Source: Adineta vaga (lineage: Eukaryota > Animalia > Rotifera). Taken from it: a stretch of 64,000 nt of DNA. Below are positions 38,957 to 50,945 of this stretch, one piece after another (positions within the stretch are counted from its first letter, which is position 1; every line of letters starts with the position of its first letter). The notes below the pieces were generated by a model. It had not been told where the DNA came from. It saw nothing but the letters and a program-made list of their open reading frames with translations, and did not search any database. A program made the position numbers and the translations under genes. The stretch is taken from assembly GCA_021613535.1 (NCBI GenBank), contig CP075493.1:10664001-10728000 (forward strand), given 5' to 3'.

Positions 38957-40328
38957 TTTCTAAAAGAAAAGTATAAGCTTATAGTTTTCATATATCGTCG
39001 ACACTGATCAAAAGATGGGTTTCGTTCGAGGAAAAGCCAGGAATGTATGCAATTTCTATTGTGGTGACACCCAAAGAATCTGCTAAAAGATGGATTTGCT
39101 TTTCTCATCAAGAAACAAAAGAATACAAATATGGACGTTGGAATACAGTATTTATACTATCTGATGGAAACAAATTGGTTTTTCTTCAATATATAAATAA
39201 TCATATGCTAGTATGAATCAATTACTTGCTGAAAAGCAACATGTTCTTTTGATTGACACTTGTCTTTTTTGTCGTCTCACACCTACTCTCTTCCTATACT
39301 TAGATATTAGGTTTCTAAGTACAAGATAGTATTATATCACATATATAGTTTCAGTATATGTGGTATCCTACAGATATTGAATAGTTTTGTTGACATGATG
39401 AAAGCTAGCTCTTCATCTACTTGTCATATGCATTTTGTGGTTTGTTTTAATGAAATATACAATAGAAATGTCAGAAACGTAATATTCTTCTTTATTTTAC
39501 CGTAAATTTAGTTTTCTTTTGTTCTATTCATTATACAAATTGTCTGACCTAATAACGATTGGCAAAGATGTTTAGATATAATTTATAATTTGTACATATT
39601 CACAAGAAGATATTCTTTTTTTTGTGAATCATGGATTTATTCATCTATTATCGACATCTGATTCGTTTATTTTACGGTCAAATAATACTAATCATTTAGT
39701 TTTGTAGAATATTTACTGTATTTTTTGGGATAACAATGTGCCTGAATAGATGCTTTGAAATTATTGCATATTTTCGTTGATTGACACGAAAAAATATCTA
39801 TTTTGAAAATTTCTTATCTAAAATAGTGGTTCCATTTACTACTCTTGCGAATCGTAAAGGATAATTCATTCTATTGTTATACAACTTCGAATCCAGATCA
39901 AAACTATAATTGGAATATCTTTTATACATGCGAATTGGTGCTTTTTGAAACTTTGTATTTGGATGAATTTTTTTACTCAAACATTATCTATAATAAGTGT
40001 TTATGGTCTATATTTGTCTACGACTGATATTTAACTATATTCAATTCACTAGGATAGTATTTGATAGACAATCGTTATAAAAAGAATCTTTTCGTTCATA
40101 CTTTTATATAATCTCTATACAGATTCGGTACATCAAGATGCGTACTAGAACAAAATAAATTTATTATATCACCTGTGATTTTTATTTAAAATACATTGCT
40201 GGCAAATAATAAAGAGACATAAAATATATAGAAAAAAAATCTCGAATAAATGTCAGGCTTATCTCTTTATTTTCTGTGCTTTTTGGTGAAAAAATCAGAT
40301 GTTCTTGTAACTGACGGTTCCGATCTAC

Positions 40329-41940
40329 TTATTGCTGACGATGTTTCAACTTTATTTTAGGAGTTGCACCAACAACAACAGCTGCATCTTTGGCACTCGA
40401 ACTGAAAAAAATAAGATATTACCGTTTCTTCTTCTACAAATATATTTTAGTTTATAATAAACTTACGCAGCAACTTGTTCAGTAATAGCTTCGACTTTAG
40501 CATTAGCTTGAGCTTGTGTATCACGTAAAACACCCATTTTCAATCGGTTAGCTTCTTCATTCAAGTCATCGATACGTTTACGTGCTTCTTCAAGAATCAT
40601 TTCTTGACGTAAGTTTAAATCTTTTTCGAGTAGTGATAAATTTTGTGCTTTGACTGTATTGATTTCTTCAACATATCGTTGTAATTTGTGTTTATATTCT
40701 TCTTCAATAGCAGCTGAACGAACATTGGCATCAGCTAAGAGAGTTTGTTGTTGAATTTGAGTTTCGGCAACAATTCGATTGATAGCTGCTGCAACTTCTT
40801 CATCGATTTGTTGAATGCGACGACGTGAATATTCATCGATTTGTTGATGAGTTGTACCTTAAAACAAGTTGATAAGAACGAGGCAGATATATACAGAAGA
40901 GCGCTTACCAAGTTTGCTCATCAACCTAGCCATTTTTGATGTATAAATATTATTTTCACACGTTTCTGTAACGCTTTCTAATCCTAAATTTTTTATAGAA
41001 ATATTCAAAACACATTGTTTAAAAAAGCATTTTTCGTAACTTTCCAGCATTGAGAAATAAATGTACAGCTCTGTCTTATACCTCTGTCGCTCCCATAACG
41101 AAGATAGAAAGTATATCGAAAATTGATAAAATTACTAAATTCGAAAAGCTTCAAACTATAACAAATATAAATCAAACTTTTCTAATATAAACGTAACAAA
41201 ACTAAACTACTGTAATAATAATTTATTATAATATCTCATGCTATAAAACCTGCGTTTTTCTACGAGTAAACATCGATTCAATCTTTTAGAAATGAATAAC
41301 TATTCATATAATAGATATGTAACAATTAAAGTATTTCCATCTCGTTTTTTGTTTCATAAAACAAATTCGAGAGATTATTTCTTCTGATATACATGACATT
41401 AGCCAAAATAAATTTATTGATCTTACCTAACGTATTAATATGTAGTTTATTGATATAGGATGAAACATCTTTATGAATTGAAATATTAGATGGATTTGTA
41501 AGTTGTTTCTTCAATTGTATTAAGTCGTTTTTAAATTGATTCAAATTTATTTCATTATAATCATCTTCTTCACGAACCGTTGTTAATTGTTTCGCCAGAT
41601 GACCAACTTTGGTTTCTATTTGATTAATATCTTTCGTAATACGTTTACTCAACGATAGTCTCGTATCTTCTGCTGTTTGACGAATTCTTTCAATTGATTC
41701 ACGTTCCCATATATCTACTTCCTTCATTAATGAATGACATTTTGGATCTTTCATTTGTTCATTAAGCGATTGTCTAAATAAATCATGATCAAGGACAATC
41801 TCATCCAGTTGTTGATTTAATTCTTGACGATGGTCTTCCATATGTTTAAAGCAAAAATCTTGCAAGCAGCCTCCACATCTTGATGTACATTTGACTTTAT
41901 TACATTTTAAACAAAGTGTTTTACCAGTTGATGTTGCCAT
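40329..41940 (-). CDS. Predicted chimeric protein: B-box/coiled-coil (TRIM-like) exon spliced to a hydrophilic all-helical CAHS/LEA-like domain
   Basis: Exons 41940-41427, 40983-40909, 40858-40467 and 40401-40329 are all phase-compatible. B-box CLKCNK..CTSRCGGCLQDFCFKHMEDH; helical domain LGTTHQQIDEYSRRR...LEKDLNLRQEMILEEARKRIDDLNEEANRLKMGVL. Confidence 0.65.
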
Positions 41941-42549
41941 ATTCAGAATATTACTACAACGATGATATATTTTTCATGACAGTCAAAAATATAAAAGATA
42001 ACGAAACAAATAAAGATAATAGCTTCTTCTCTCTATTAAAACTACAAGAAGCATTGTTACATTTGAGACGATAATAATACAAGAACATAATATATCTATT
42101 CTTTCAATAATTGATAACAATCCAGGAATATTCTCTTCATTCGATAATGTACAGAATACGACAGATTGTTAGTCAAAATTAAACGAAACTTGTCTTGCTT
42201 TAAAATGTAAATGTACTTGATTATGCACACAAATCTTGGGTACAAAATATGAATGTATTTATACGAAAAAAAAACCCAATGAGGTTTATGTTTTCCTGCT
42301 GCGAATTGGTAAAATATATTTTTCACTGCATGTTTTTTTGTTAACAGAAAGCAAAAACTGAATTAATCCATCAAAAAAGGATATTTTGTTAATAGCATAA
42401 GCATTTCGAAAGTATGTTTTATATCTTCAGTACTATTCTTCTCATGAAAAAAAGAAGATAAAGTTGTCAACAATATGTCAGTCAAAGATATCTTTCTCTA
42501 ATATCTTAAGTATGTTTTCTATTTACTTTTGACATTCATCGAATGGGTC

Positions 42550-43212
42550 ATGAAACAAATAGCTTCATTAACATATACTTTTCTTCTTCTACTATTTTCG
42601 ATAACAAATGTTGAACTAATTTTATTAAAACAACAATTTCAATACTTTGTGAAAAAAGTTGCTTCAACATTTCATGAAAATTGGCGTCAACATTATATGA
42701 CTGAACATCCAAATACACGAAATCGTTTCAAATTAACTCACAATGGATCTCATTATAATTCATCAGATTTTATTTATCCAATGATTCTTACTGTTGGCAC
42801 ATGTCTTGTTCATCGAAATCTTAAAGTAGCACGTGATCGTTATAATTCATCTTTGATTTATATTGATATATTAAATATGGCTTATGATGAATTACCTGCT
42901 GATTGGGCTTATGAAAATGGAGCAACTGCAAGTGTAGCTTGTCGACAAGTTCTAAGAACTGTTCGTCAGAAACGTTCGTTTGATCATAATTTAATCGAAC
43001 AAATTGCAGAAAGAATTCATAATGCATGGATTAAACGTAATGAACATCGAACATCGAAAGATATGCTTTCACCGTATTCGAGTTTGCCTGAAACTGAAAA
43101 AGATAAAGATCGTCGAGCGTTTCTAATTGCTTGTCGTTTATTCAATGAACTACATTTGTATGATTATGTGAAGACAACACCTATCCATTTGATTGAACCA
43201 TCTATCGAATAG
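42550..43212 (+). CDS. Stand-alone RyR-repeat domain protein with N-terminal signal/anchor, intronless
   Basis: Two half-repeats VASTFHENWRQ...YDELPADWAYEN and IAERIHNAWIKRN...PYSSLPETEKDKDR (RyR-domain signature). Confidence 0.75.
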   Translation: MKQIASLTYTFLLLLFSITNVELILLKQQFQYFVKKVASTFHENWRQHYMTEHPNTRNRFKLTHNGSHYNSSDFIYPMILTVGTCLVHRNLKVARDRYNSSLIYIDILNMAYDELPADWAYENGATASVACRQVLRTVRQKRSFDHNLIEQIAERIHNAWIKRNEHRTSKDMLSPYSSLPETEKDKDRRAFLIACRLFNELHLYDYVKTTPIHLIEPSIE

Positions 43213-43481
43213 GAACAATTATTTTTCTTAATAAAAATATTCAAGAATATTTATGATTCACATCCATCATGAAAGTAATATTCGGTTGTGAGTAAATTAC
43301 ATGTTCTAAGAAAAAGTAATTAGAGAAAGTAAAAAAAAGATTTTTAGACGATAAAAAACATTGAATCAATTTAGTTATCGAATCTATAATTTTAATTCCT
43401 ATCTGATAGTCATTGTCATGCACCGTTTATCAAACAGTTAGATGTCGTCTCTTCGTTTTTGTCTTTCTTGATTATTTTTGC

Positions 43482-44450
43482 AGAGTATGCTTCCATGTAT
43501 TTAGAGAAGATTTAATAGAAAAATAAAATCATCTGGTTGAAAAAATTACCAACAGTCGAAATACGTCACTGTTTCTGTATTCGCGTTTGAATACAGCTCT
43601 TCGAGCTCAAGATCGTGGCCTTTTAGTACCATATTTTGATTATCTTAAATTGATTCTGTCAAATTTATGGAAACTTCAATCAGTAAGGAAAACAGTATGG
43701 TGTGATGTTAAAAGCGACCTAAGTTCACAATATCTCGTAGGAAAGACATTTATATGGTAGAGATTCAGGTAATTTGCGTATTTTTATATTTTTACTTCAT
43801 CTCTCCATTAATTTTATTTCGTTCTTGTACAGAATTGAATGTGAGTCTGGCAAACAAATTCGTCAACACTCCTATTTTCAACAGGAAATGAAATCTTTCT
43901 CCTACCAACTACTCATTTTGAAGTATTAGGTCAAATTAATCCTGTATCCAATTTTCACATCATAACTTTGAAAGAAATAAGACCATGATTTCTTCGACTT
44001 CAACCATCATTTATTTGCTCATCGCTAGTAAGCTAGCAAGAAACAAACATTGACAAGTTCTCAGTAAAGTATTGCTTTCAAACTCTACATTGCAAATATT
44101 TCAGCTAGATCATAAAAAATTTGGAGATGAAGATGTTCAGCATGTAGCTTTGGAGTTACAAGTCAACACATTTTGGAATATTTATATGCATCCGACAGTC
44201 AAGTATCAAACGTTGGTGGTATGAAACTATCTGCTACGTGAAAAAGCAACGAATGTTTGAGAAATATAAAGTTAAGCGGAAATGAAACTGAAAATATAGG
44301 TATGTCAGCTCTGGTAACAGGACTAAAGTTGAACACAACAGTAAAATAGCTAAATCTTTATGACAAGAATATTTTGGATCTTCTTTTTCGTGTGAGGATA
44401 ATCCTGGTTGTATCCGTTTAGATCGTAATCAGTTGTCTGAAAATACATAT
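43482..44450 (+). pseudogene. ADP-ribosyltransferase (ARTC-type) plus RI-like LRR pseudogene
   Basis: LNTALRAQDRGLLVPYFDYLKL, TFIW*RFS-SCT, GKQIRQHSYF, HFEVLGQ; then LRR remnants GDEDVQHVALELQVN, SNECLRNIKLSGN, GLKLNTTVK*LNLY; stops and frameshifts. Confidence 0.75.
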
Positions 44451-45132
44451 ACGGAAATTTTTATTTTGTCCTTATTTCAGAACTAAATTTGTCCACTGAG
44501 AACGCATTTTTATCGCATACTATTATGGCTTGAAATCTATTCCATAAAAGTAAATACTTTTTCATCAAAAACTATCAATAATGATTATCTTTCATATCAA
44601 TAGATTTCTAGTACTAAATACAAGACAAACGATATGCAAATCTGATAACATAAATCACGAAATCGAACAGTTCATCATATGATTATTGGAAACAAAGAAA
44701 TTTGTACACTCTGCTTGAAAACGTGTCATCTACAATAGAGAATGATGATGATGATGATGATGATTATCATCATTTGTACCTCTGCCACATCAATGGACAG
44801 GAAAGAGGGAAAATGCAAAATGAACACACAACTTTTTTCTCTTCTTCTTTCATAATAACGCCCAATGTCCATCACACATATTCATTTGTGTGCTGCACAA
44901 GCGGATGAGATGAAATAAATGTGTGTCCAAGAGAGAATAGAGGGTGCAATTATCATACATACACACTCACACAAACGTCCATCTTACTAGACATACAATC
45001 CTTAGCAAAAGAAAAGCAAAACTTTTTCCTCTATTCCTTCTCTCTCTCTCTCTCTCACTCACTCACTCACTTACACTCTCCTTTCCTCTTTCCTCTTTCT
45101 CTTCTTGTTTCTCATTCATTCAATCATCAGTC

Positions 45133-47698
45133 ATGCCGCCGTGGTGTGTCTCTAACTTTCTCATCCAATCTTTGATTATTTTTATCTTCTATTTCAATAA
45201 AACCTTTTCAACAAATGATGATCAACATAATCATCAAGTACTAAAAGCTGATGTTGGTCAAGATATTACTATGTCATGTATATTCGATGAAGATAAACTC
45301 GAACAGGTAATTGACACATCAAACAAAAGAAGGTGGAGCACTGTAACACTTCAGAAGAAAGAAAATCGTTTCTGTTGATGTGTGATCTATTGTTTTTAGT
45401 TGAACAAATAGTCGATTTAGTCTGTTCATATAAACCATGTGTGTATATCGTTTTTCGATTATCCCTTTCAAGAGTAGAAGAGTTTTTACTTCATCAATCA
45501 CTTAGTCTTGTATGGATATATTACTCGATACATCATACCGTCGAGAGGCTATTTTAATCAAAACATGCACACCGTTGATGATAATAATAAGAGGTGTAAG
45601 AAATTTTTCTTTTTCTTTCTTTTTAATCAGTTCTACTCTTCGAAATCCCTGATGACCAGATTTGCGTAACATGCATTGAATTGTCCAATAGATTGATCAT
45701 TTCATAGGTCAATGACAATTAGAATCAACTTGGACATATATTTTCTTTCTCGAGAGCTCTTCATCATTATTCATATTAGAAAGAAAAAGCAAATTAATGA
45801 AGAAAAAAAAAATTTTTTTGTTTCTTTTCAACAATTGAACATATGTTGATTATACTTGAAAAATTGACAACTGTCTTTGTCAATAAACTTCATAAGACAA
45901 CAATACAATCTACTTCTTTGTCTTTTAAGGTATCTTTTATGCGTCAGATGACAGGTGATATATTATCAGTTGGTACCGAATTATTTGTTTATCAACCAGA
46001 TATTGAATTAAAACAATTCTCATCCAATCGTCTTGATTTAAAAATAAGATCGGTCAATTTAAATGATTCCGGTCTATATACATGTATGTTCAATGATGAA
46101 AAATTATTTTCATTTCTAATTGAAATACTTGGTAAGTTCATATTAGTGTTTTTTCTCTCTCTTATTCATACTAAATCACTAATAAAATTAGTCGCGACTG
46201 ATAGCTTTTGTCTTTTTTCCTATAGACGTGTTGATTGTCTGAATAAAAAAACAATATGTATAAGTAGAAACTATTGATTCATCATCATTTATCTTTTCTC
46301 TTTTCTTTGAGACGATTCCATAGTGTGTATCTACTGGTGTTAATTGCATTCTCTTTCTCTTTTCTCTATCATAATCTTGACAGGCATCTCAATAAATTAG
46401 CGTTAATGATCCATATGTATGGACCAAAGACTTCATGACCTTTTTTGAAGATCGATACGTCCAACTAGTTGTTAGTTATGTGATATCATAAGTATTTTTG
46501 TTTGGATTAGGAAAGGTGAATATTATCGAGATTGATTAGCAAGTTGATGTAATATTTTTTTTCTTCTTTTAGTTGCACCACATTTTATTTCATATTATCC
46601 ATTGGAAGGAAGTATTTCACCTCTGGAAAATTCAACATTGAATTTTTCTTGTCATGCATTTGCAATTCCAGCTGTGAATATCAGTTGGATTTTTAAGAAT
46701 AAATTGAAACAATCGAAAAGTAAGAATGTGCTTGTACTTCGATCGTTGATTTAAAAAAGAGATTTTATGAATTAAGATGTTCATAATGGTGAAAATTTAT
46801 ATTTAACATCGATTCAATCATCAGATAGTGGTTTATATGAATGTATAGCTTCAAATATGTATCATGCATCGATCAGTCGTGCCTTCTATGTCACTGTTCA
46901 ATGTAAGTATATAGATGTACACCATTCAATTAAAAACTAAGAGTGTCGTCTTCTCAATTGACGTTTCAATTATGATAATTATTCATTTTTTTTCTCTCGT
47001 TCTTTGTTGAATTTCTTATATAATCTCATTTAGATGCCCCACATGTATTAATATTAAATGAGAAAATAAGAACTTTATCTCATAATACAGTAACAATTCA
47101 ATGTCGAATATGTTCCATTCCTCAAGTTGAACATATTTCTTGGCTAAGAGATAATCAAGTAATTCTCGATATGAATATTGATGTTAAAATTCACACTATT
47201 GATGATCAATGTTCCGAATCATTGATGAAGATTATGGTATGTGATTGTTTAGATTAGCAATTCAAATCATTGTTTTTCTTTTTTGAAGGATATAAATGAG
47301 CATCAATTTGGACAATATGAATGTCGAGCTGAAAATCTTTTAGGACATCAATCCGATTATATTGACATTCAACAAAGTATAAACATACTTGCTTTTTTAA
47401 TTTTGATAATGTTTTATTAAATTTCTAGTACCGAAAATTCGACGAGTAAAACAAAAAAATTATCCTGATGAAATCAATCGAAACGGACGGACTGCTTTAT
47501 TTACGAATAAATCATTGAAGAAAAAGAAAAATCAAACAAGTGTTGCAGGTAAAGATTTCGAGTTGATGATATTTGACAAAGAAATATGAAATTTTAGAAT
47601 TCAATGAAAATCTTCTATCACACTCAATATGTCGAAGAACTTCATGGACATGGTGGTGGATATTATGTTTAATCATCTATTGGATTTGCTTAGTATGA
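45133..47698 (+). CDS. Three-Ig-domain cell-surface protein (lachesin/IgLON/DIP-like), probably GPI-anchored or TM-tailed
   Basis: Signal peptide; VGQDITMSC...LKIRSVNLNDSGLYTC; LNFSCHAFAIPAVNISW...DSGLYECIASN; VTIQCRI..ISWLR...FGQYECRAENLLG; hydrophobic C-terminus. Confidence 0.82.
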
Positions 47699-49425
47699 TT
47701 TTCTCGCAGTGTCATTATATGATCCGGTGAATGAACTATTTCACAGAGAATTTTTCTGTTCATCTTTTTCTTTTATATAATCGATGTGCAAATGATTAAT
47801 TTGATGTTTCCTCTCTTCTTCTTTTTTTCTTCTTCCTATGATAAACTATTCAAGTAACAACAAATATGTGCGTTCAGGTATTGCTTAGTTTGAATAAAAT
47901 GTCTTTTTCTTTTTCTAATTGTGTCATTGAAAATCTGTTTATGCAAGAGAACATATATCACAAATTCATTTTCTGCTTCATATGTCTTGAACATTAACCT
48001 TGTTCATCGACACATTGGATGAATCTAAACAAAAAAAAAGAAAAGAAAAGAAGAAAGTGAAAAAATACTCGTGCATTATCATCGAACAAAGGTGTTCATT
48101 AGTCTTACGTCATTATATTGTGACCATTGTATGATGACAAGATTATTTAGATTTATGATTATGACTAATCACTTGTCAATAGAAAATGAAAAGTTCTTCA
48201 ATTATGGATAGTCAATGAAAATGAGAGATATACTTTAATAAATAAATAAAATCCTCTTCATCTTTTCTTTTCCTCAATGATTTTGTTTATGAAGATCATT
48301 ATCTTTCTGCTTGATCAACCAAAACAAACTGTAAAAATGAAATTTTCTTTATATGACATAATCAATTATTTCAATGTGAACATGAATTATATAATCCTTG
48401 ATAATTCAACATACTTCATGATAAATTATAGGCAATTATAATTAGAAATAGTTATTGAAAAGGAAATTCAATAAAAAAATTTCAAAGTTCTCTAAATAAA
48501 TCTTGAGTAGATTTTAATTACTAATAATATTGATTTTACGATCTTTTCAGAAATCATTTATATGGAGCAAGGACATAACTGACAGATCGATTACTTTTCT
48601 TCTATCCGAATGCAAAGACTACATCGATGTTAAACTGTCATTTTGAATAAACCTTTAAAAAAAAGAACAATTAATAACTTTCTTTCTTTCTTAAGCTATT
48701 TATATCACTCGGAAGTCAGATTAAGAGTGTAGTCGAAGGCCAATTATCTTTGAACAAACAAAACAAAGTCATTTTTTTCTTTCTATTGACAAGAACGTGA
48801 TTATGATCAAATAAAAGATCGCATGTGCCGACAGATCACTACGAAGACAATTGACGGAGACACGTGCTTGCATAGGAAGTTATTTACCTTATTCTATCGA
48901 TTAGAACGGAGATGCTGACGCCGATTTATCCATCTCAATCATCAAGTAATCTTTTTCAAAAGAAATACTATGTCTTTGATATATATGTATATAAAGATAA
49001 ATACAAATTCAAATTCAAATTAAATGAATGTTCACTTGCATTTCTCCATGGAATTATGAGACAATCTTTCACACAAAAGATTGTACAAAATCGTCGCTCT
49101 TATCTCAATCGGAAAGATTGAATTGAATTTGACTACATGCCATGATTATTGGATGCTAAAGACAATCTACTAATTGTTCGTAGAAAAATTAGACCTTATG
49201 GTTACATATTTACAATTAAACAACACGTATGAAATCAAATTGAAGGAAAAAAAAGAAAGATGTCACTATATAAGAAAAACATACAATTGGTAAATACTTT
49301 CTCATATCATAATAAATCATCATTGTCTTCCTCACAATTCAACTCTATAGTTCGTAACTTGATGGAATGGGATGGGAGTAGAATAATATGAGAGATTTTC
49401 ATTTTGTTTGTTTTATTTTTCAGAT

Positions 49426-49644
49426 ATGGTTAATGTCGTCAAAGGTTCAATGATTAAATGTGATCCAGCTGTGATTCAATATTTAGTTTATTTAGATGAT
49501 ACATTAGCATTTGGAGAGAAATTTATCTTACATAAATTAGACGAACAACATTTATTTGTTCAATCATCTGCAGTTTCTATGATAAAAGAAAAATTACAGG
49601 AACAAATTGATCGAATATCTTATGATTCAACCCAAACAAAATAA
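49426..49644 (+). CDS. GTF2H5: General transcription factor IIH subunit 5 (TFB5/TTDA)
   Basis: MVNVVKGSMIKCDPAVIQYLVYLDD...FILHKLDEQHLFV; 72 aa; splice acceptor 2 nt upstream of the ATG. Confidence 0.93.
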   Translation: MVNVVKGSMIKCDPAVIQYLVYLDDTLAFGEKFILHKLDEQHLFVQSSAVSMIKEKLQEQIDRISYDSTQTK

Positions 49645-49650
49645 ATTCCT

Positions 49651-50049
49651 ATGTCACATGATCAATTTGTTACTCACATTTATTCTCGTTTATCTACAAT
49701 AATATCATCGGATCCTTTCTTTTCCGATATTCATTGTCATCCTTCGAAAATATCTTTTCCAAAATTCAATCAATTCCAACAAGGTTCATTAATACTCATT
49801 TCTATTCGACGTTTTGATGATTCATTAATTCAAATTCATGTATCCGAAGATGCTCGTGTATTTCAATTGAAAAAAGTGCTTAAAGAAAACTTTTCAGACA
49901 AGAAAATCAATTGGAAAATAATCTGGAAAAAATATATATTATCAACAAATGATCAACAGCAATTAATGAATAATAATCGACGAATCAAAGACTATGGAGT
50001 CTCGAATAACTGTGAACTCTTTTTCGTTCGTCGACGTCGTTTAAAATGA
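49651..50049 (+). CDS. SNRNP25: U11/U12 snRNP 25 kDa protein (ubiquitin-like)
   Basis: DPFFSDI..., ARVFQLKK, INWKIIWKKYIL, RRIKDYGVSNNCELFFVRRRRLK match the SNRNP25 pattern (SW..VW..Y.L; LRDYGI.N.DE..F). Confidence 0.85.
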   Translation: MSHDQFVTHIYSRLSTIISSDPFFSDIHCHPSKISFPKFNQFQQGSLILISIRRFDDSLIQIHVSEDARVFQLKKVLKENFSDKKINWKIIWKKYILSTNDQQQLMNNNRRIKDYGVSNNCELFFVRRRRLK

Positions 50050-50282
50050 GTGTCTTTTTTTTTGTTTAATATATTATTTTCCTATGAAAAAGGATTTCAA
50101 AAGATATTATTCGATTGAATGTGTGCTTGATTTGAGGCAGAAGATGTCACTAAATATCGTTGTTGATTTACAGAAAAAAACCTATTGGTAATTTAGTATC
50201 GACATAGTTTTGCATGACTATGACTATGCAGAAAAGAAGAGAAAACAAATATAGATTAGTTCAGTTTTAAAAAGTGCAAATA

Positions 50283-50945
50283 ATGGTCGACCAACCACCA
50301 CTTCATCGTTCGGAAGAAATCGAAGATTTAGCTCATCTTACGGCTGAAGATATCAATAAACCATTGATTACTAAAGAAAATAAATCTCAACGTGCATTAA
50401 TCGTGGTCGATATTCAAAATGATTATTTTCCCGGTGGTAAATGGACTCTTCATGGAATAGATGCTGCTGCGGATAATGCAGCACGATTAATTTCAGCAGC
50501 ACGTACAGCTGGTGATTTAATTGTTCATGTTCGTCATGAATTTCCAACAGCTGATGCTCCGTTTTTTGCACCAGGTTCTAAAGGAGCAGAAATTCATCCA
50601 AAAGTACAAAATCGAGAAGATGAAGATGTTATCGTTAAAAATCAAATCAATTCTTTTCGAGATACAAAACTTAAAGAAATTCTTGATCGTAATGGTATTC
50701 GTGAATTGATTATCTGTGGTGCAATGAGCCATATGTGTATCGATGCAGTTACTCGTGCTTCTAATGATTTTGGATACAATTGTATTCTTATTCATGATGC
50801 TTGTGCATCTCGTGACTTAGAATTCAATGGTGTTAAAGTTCCTGCTGAATATGTTCATGCAGCATTTATGTCTGCACTTGGATTTGCTTATGCTAAAACA
50901 ATGTCTGCCGATGAATTTCTCAAAGAGGATAAAGCTGGAAAGTAA
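50283..50945 (+). CDS. Isochorismatase-family cysteine hydrolase, proteobacterial type (HGT candidate), intronless
   Basis: ALIVVDIQNDYFPGG, KNQINSFRDT, GAMSHMCIDAVTRA (D-K-C triad), DACASRDLEFNGVKVPA..VHAAFMSALGFAYA. Confidence 0.92.
   Translation: MVDQPPLHRSEEIEDLAHLTAEDINKPLITKENKSQRALIVVDIQNDYFPGGKWTLHGIDAAADNAARLISAARTAGDLIVHVRHEFPTADAPFFAPGSKGAEIHPKVQNREDEDVIVKNQINSFRDTKLKEILDRNGIRELIICGAMSHMCIDAVTRASNDFGYNCILIHDACASRDLEFNGVKVPAEYVHAAFMSALGFAYAKTMSADEFLKEDKAGK

Noticed and set aside
48700-48950. Slightly GC-richer patch as a candidate ncRNA
   Set aside because: No tRNA, snRNA or SL RNA hallmark recognisable; more likely promoter or 5' exon of the GTF2H5 unit.
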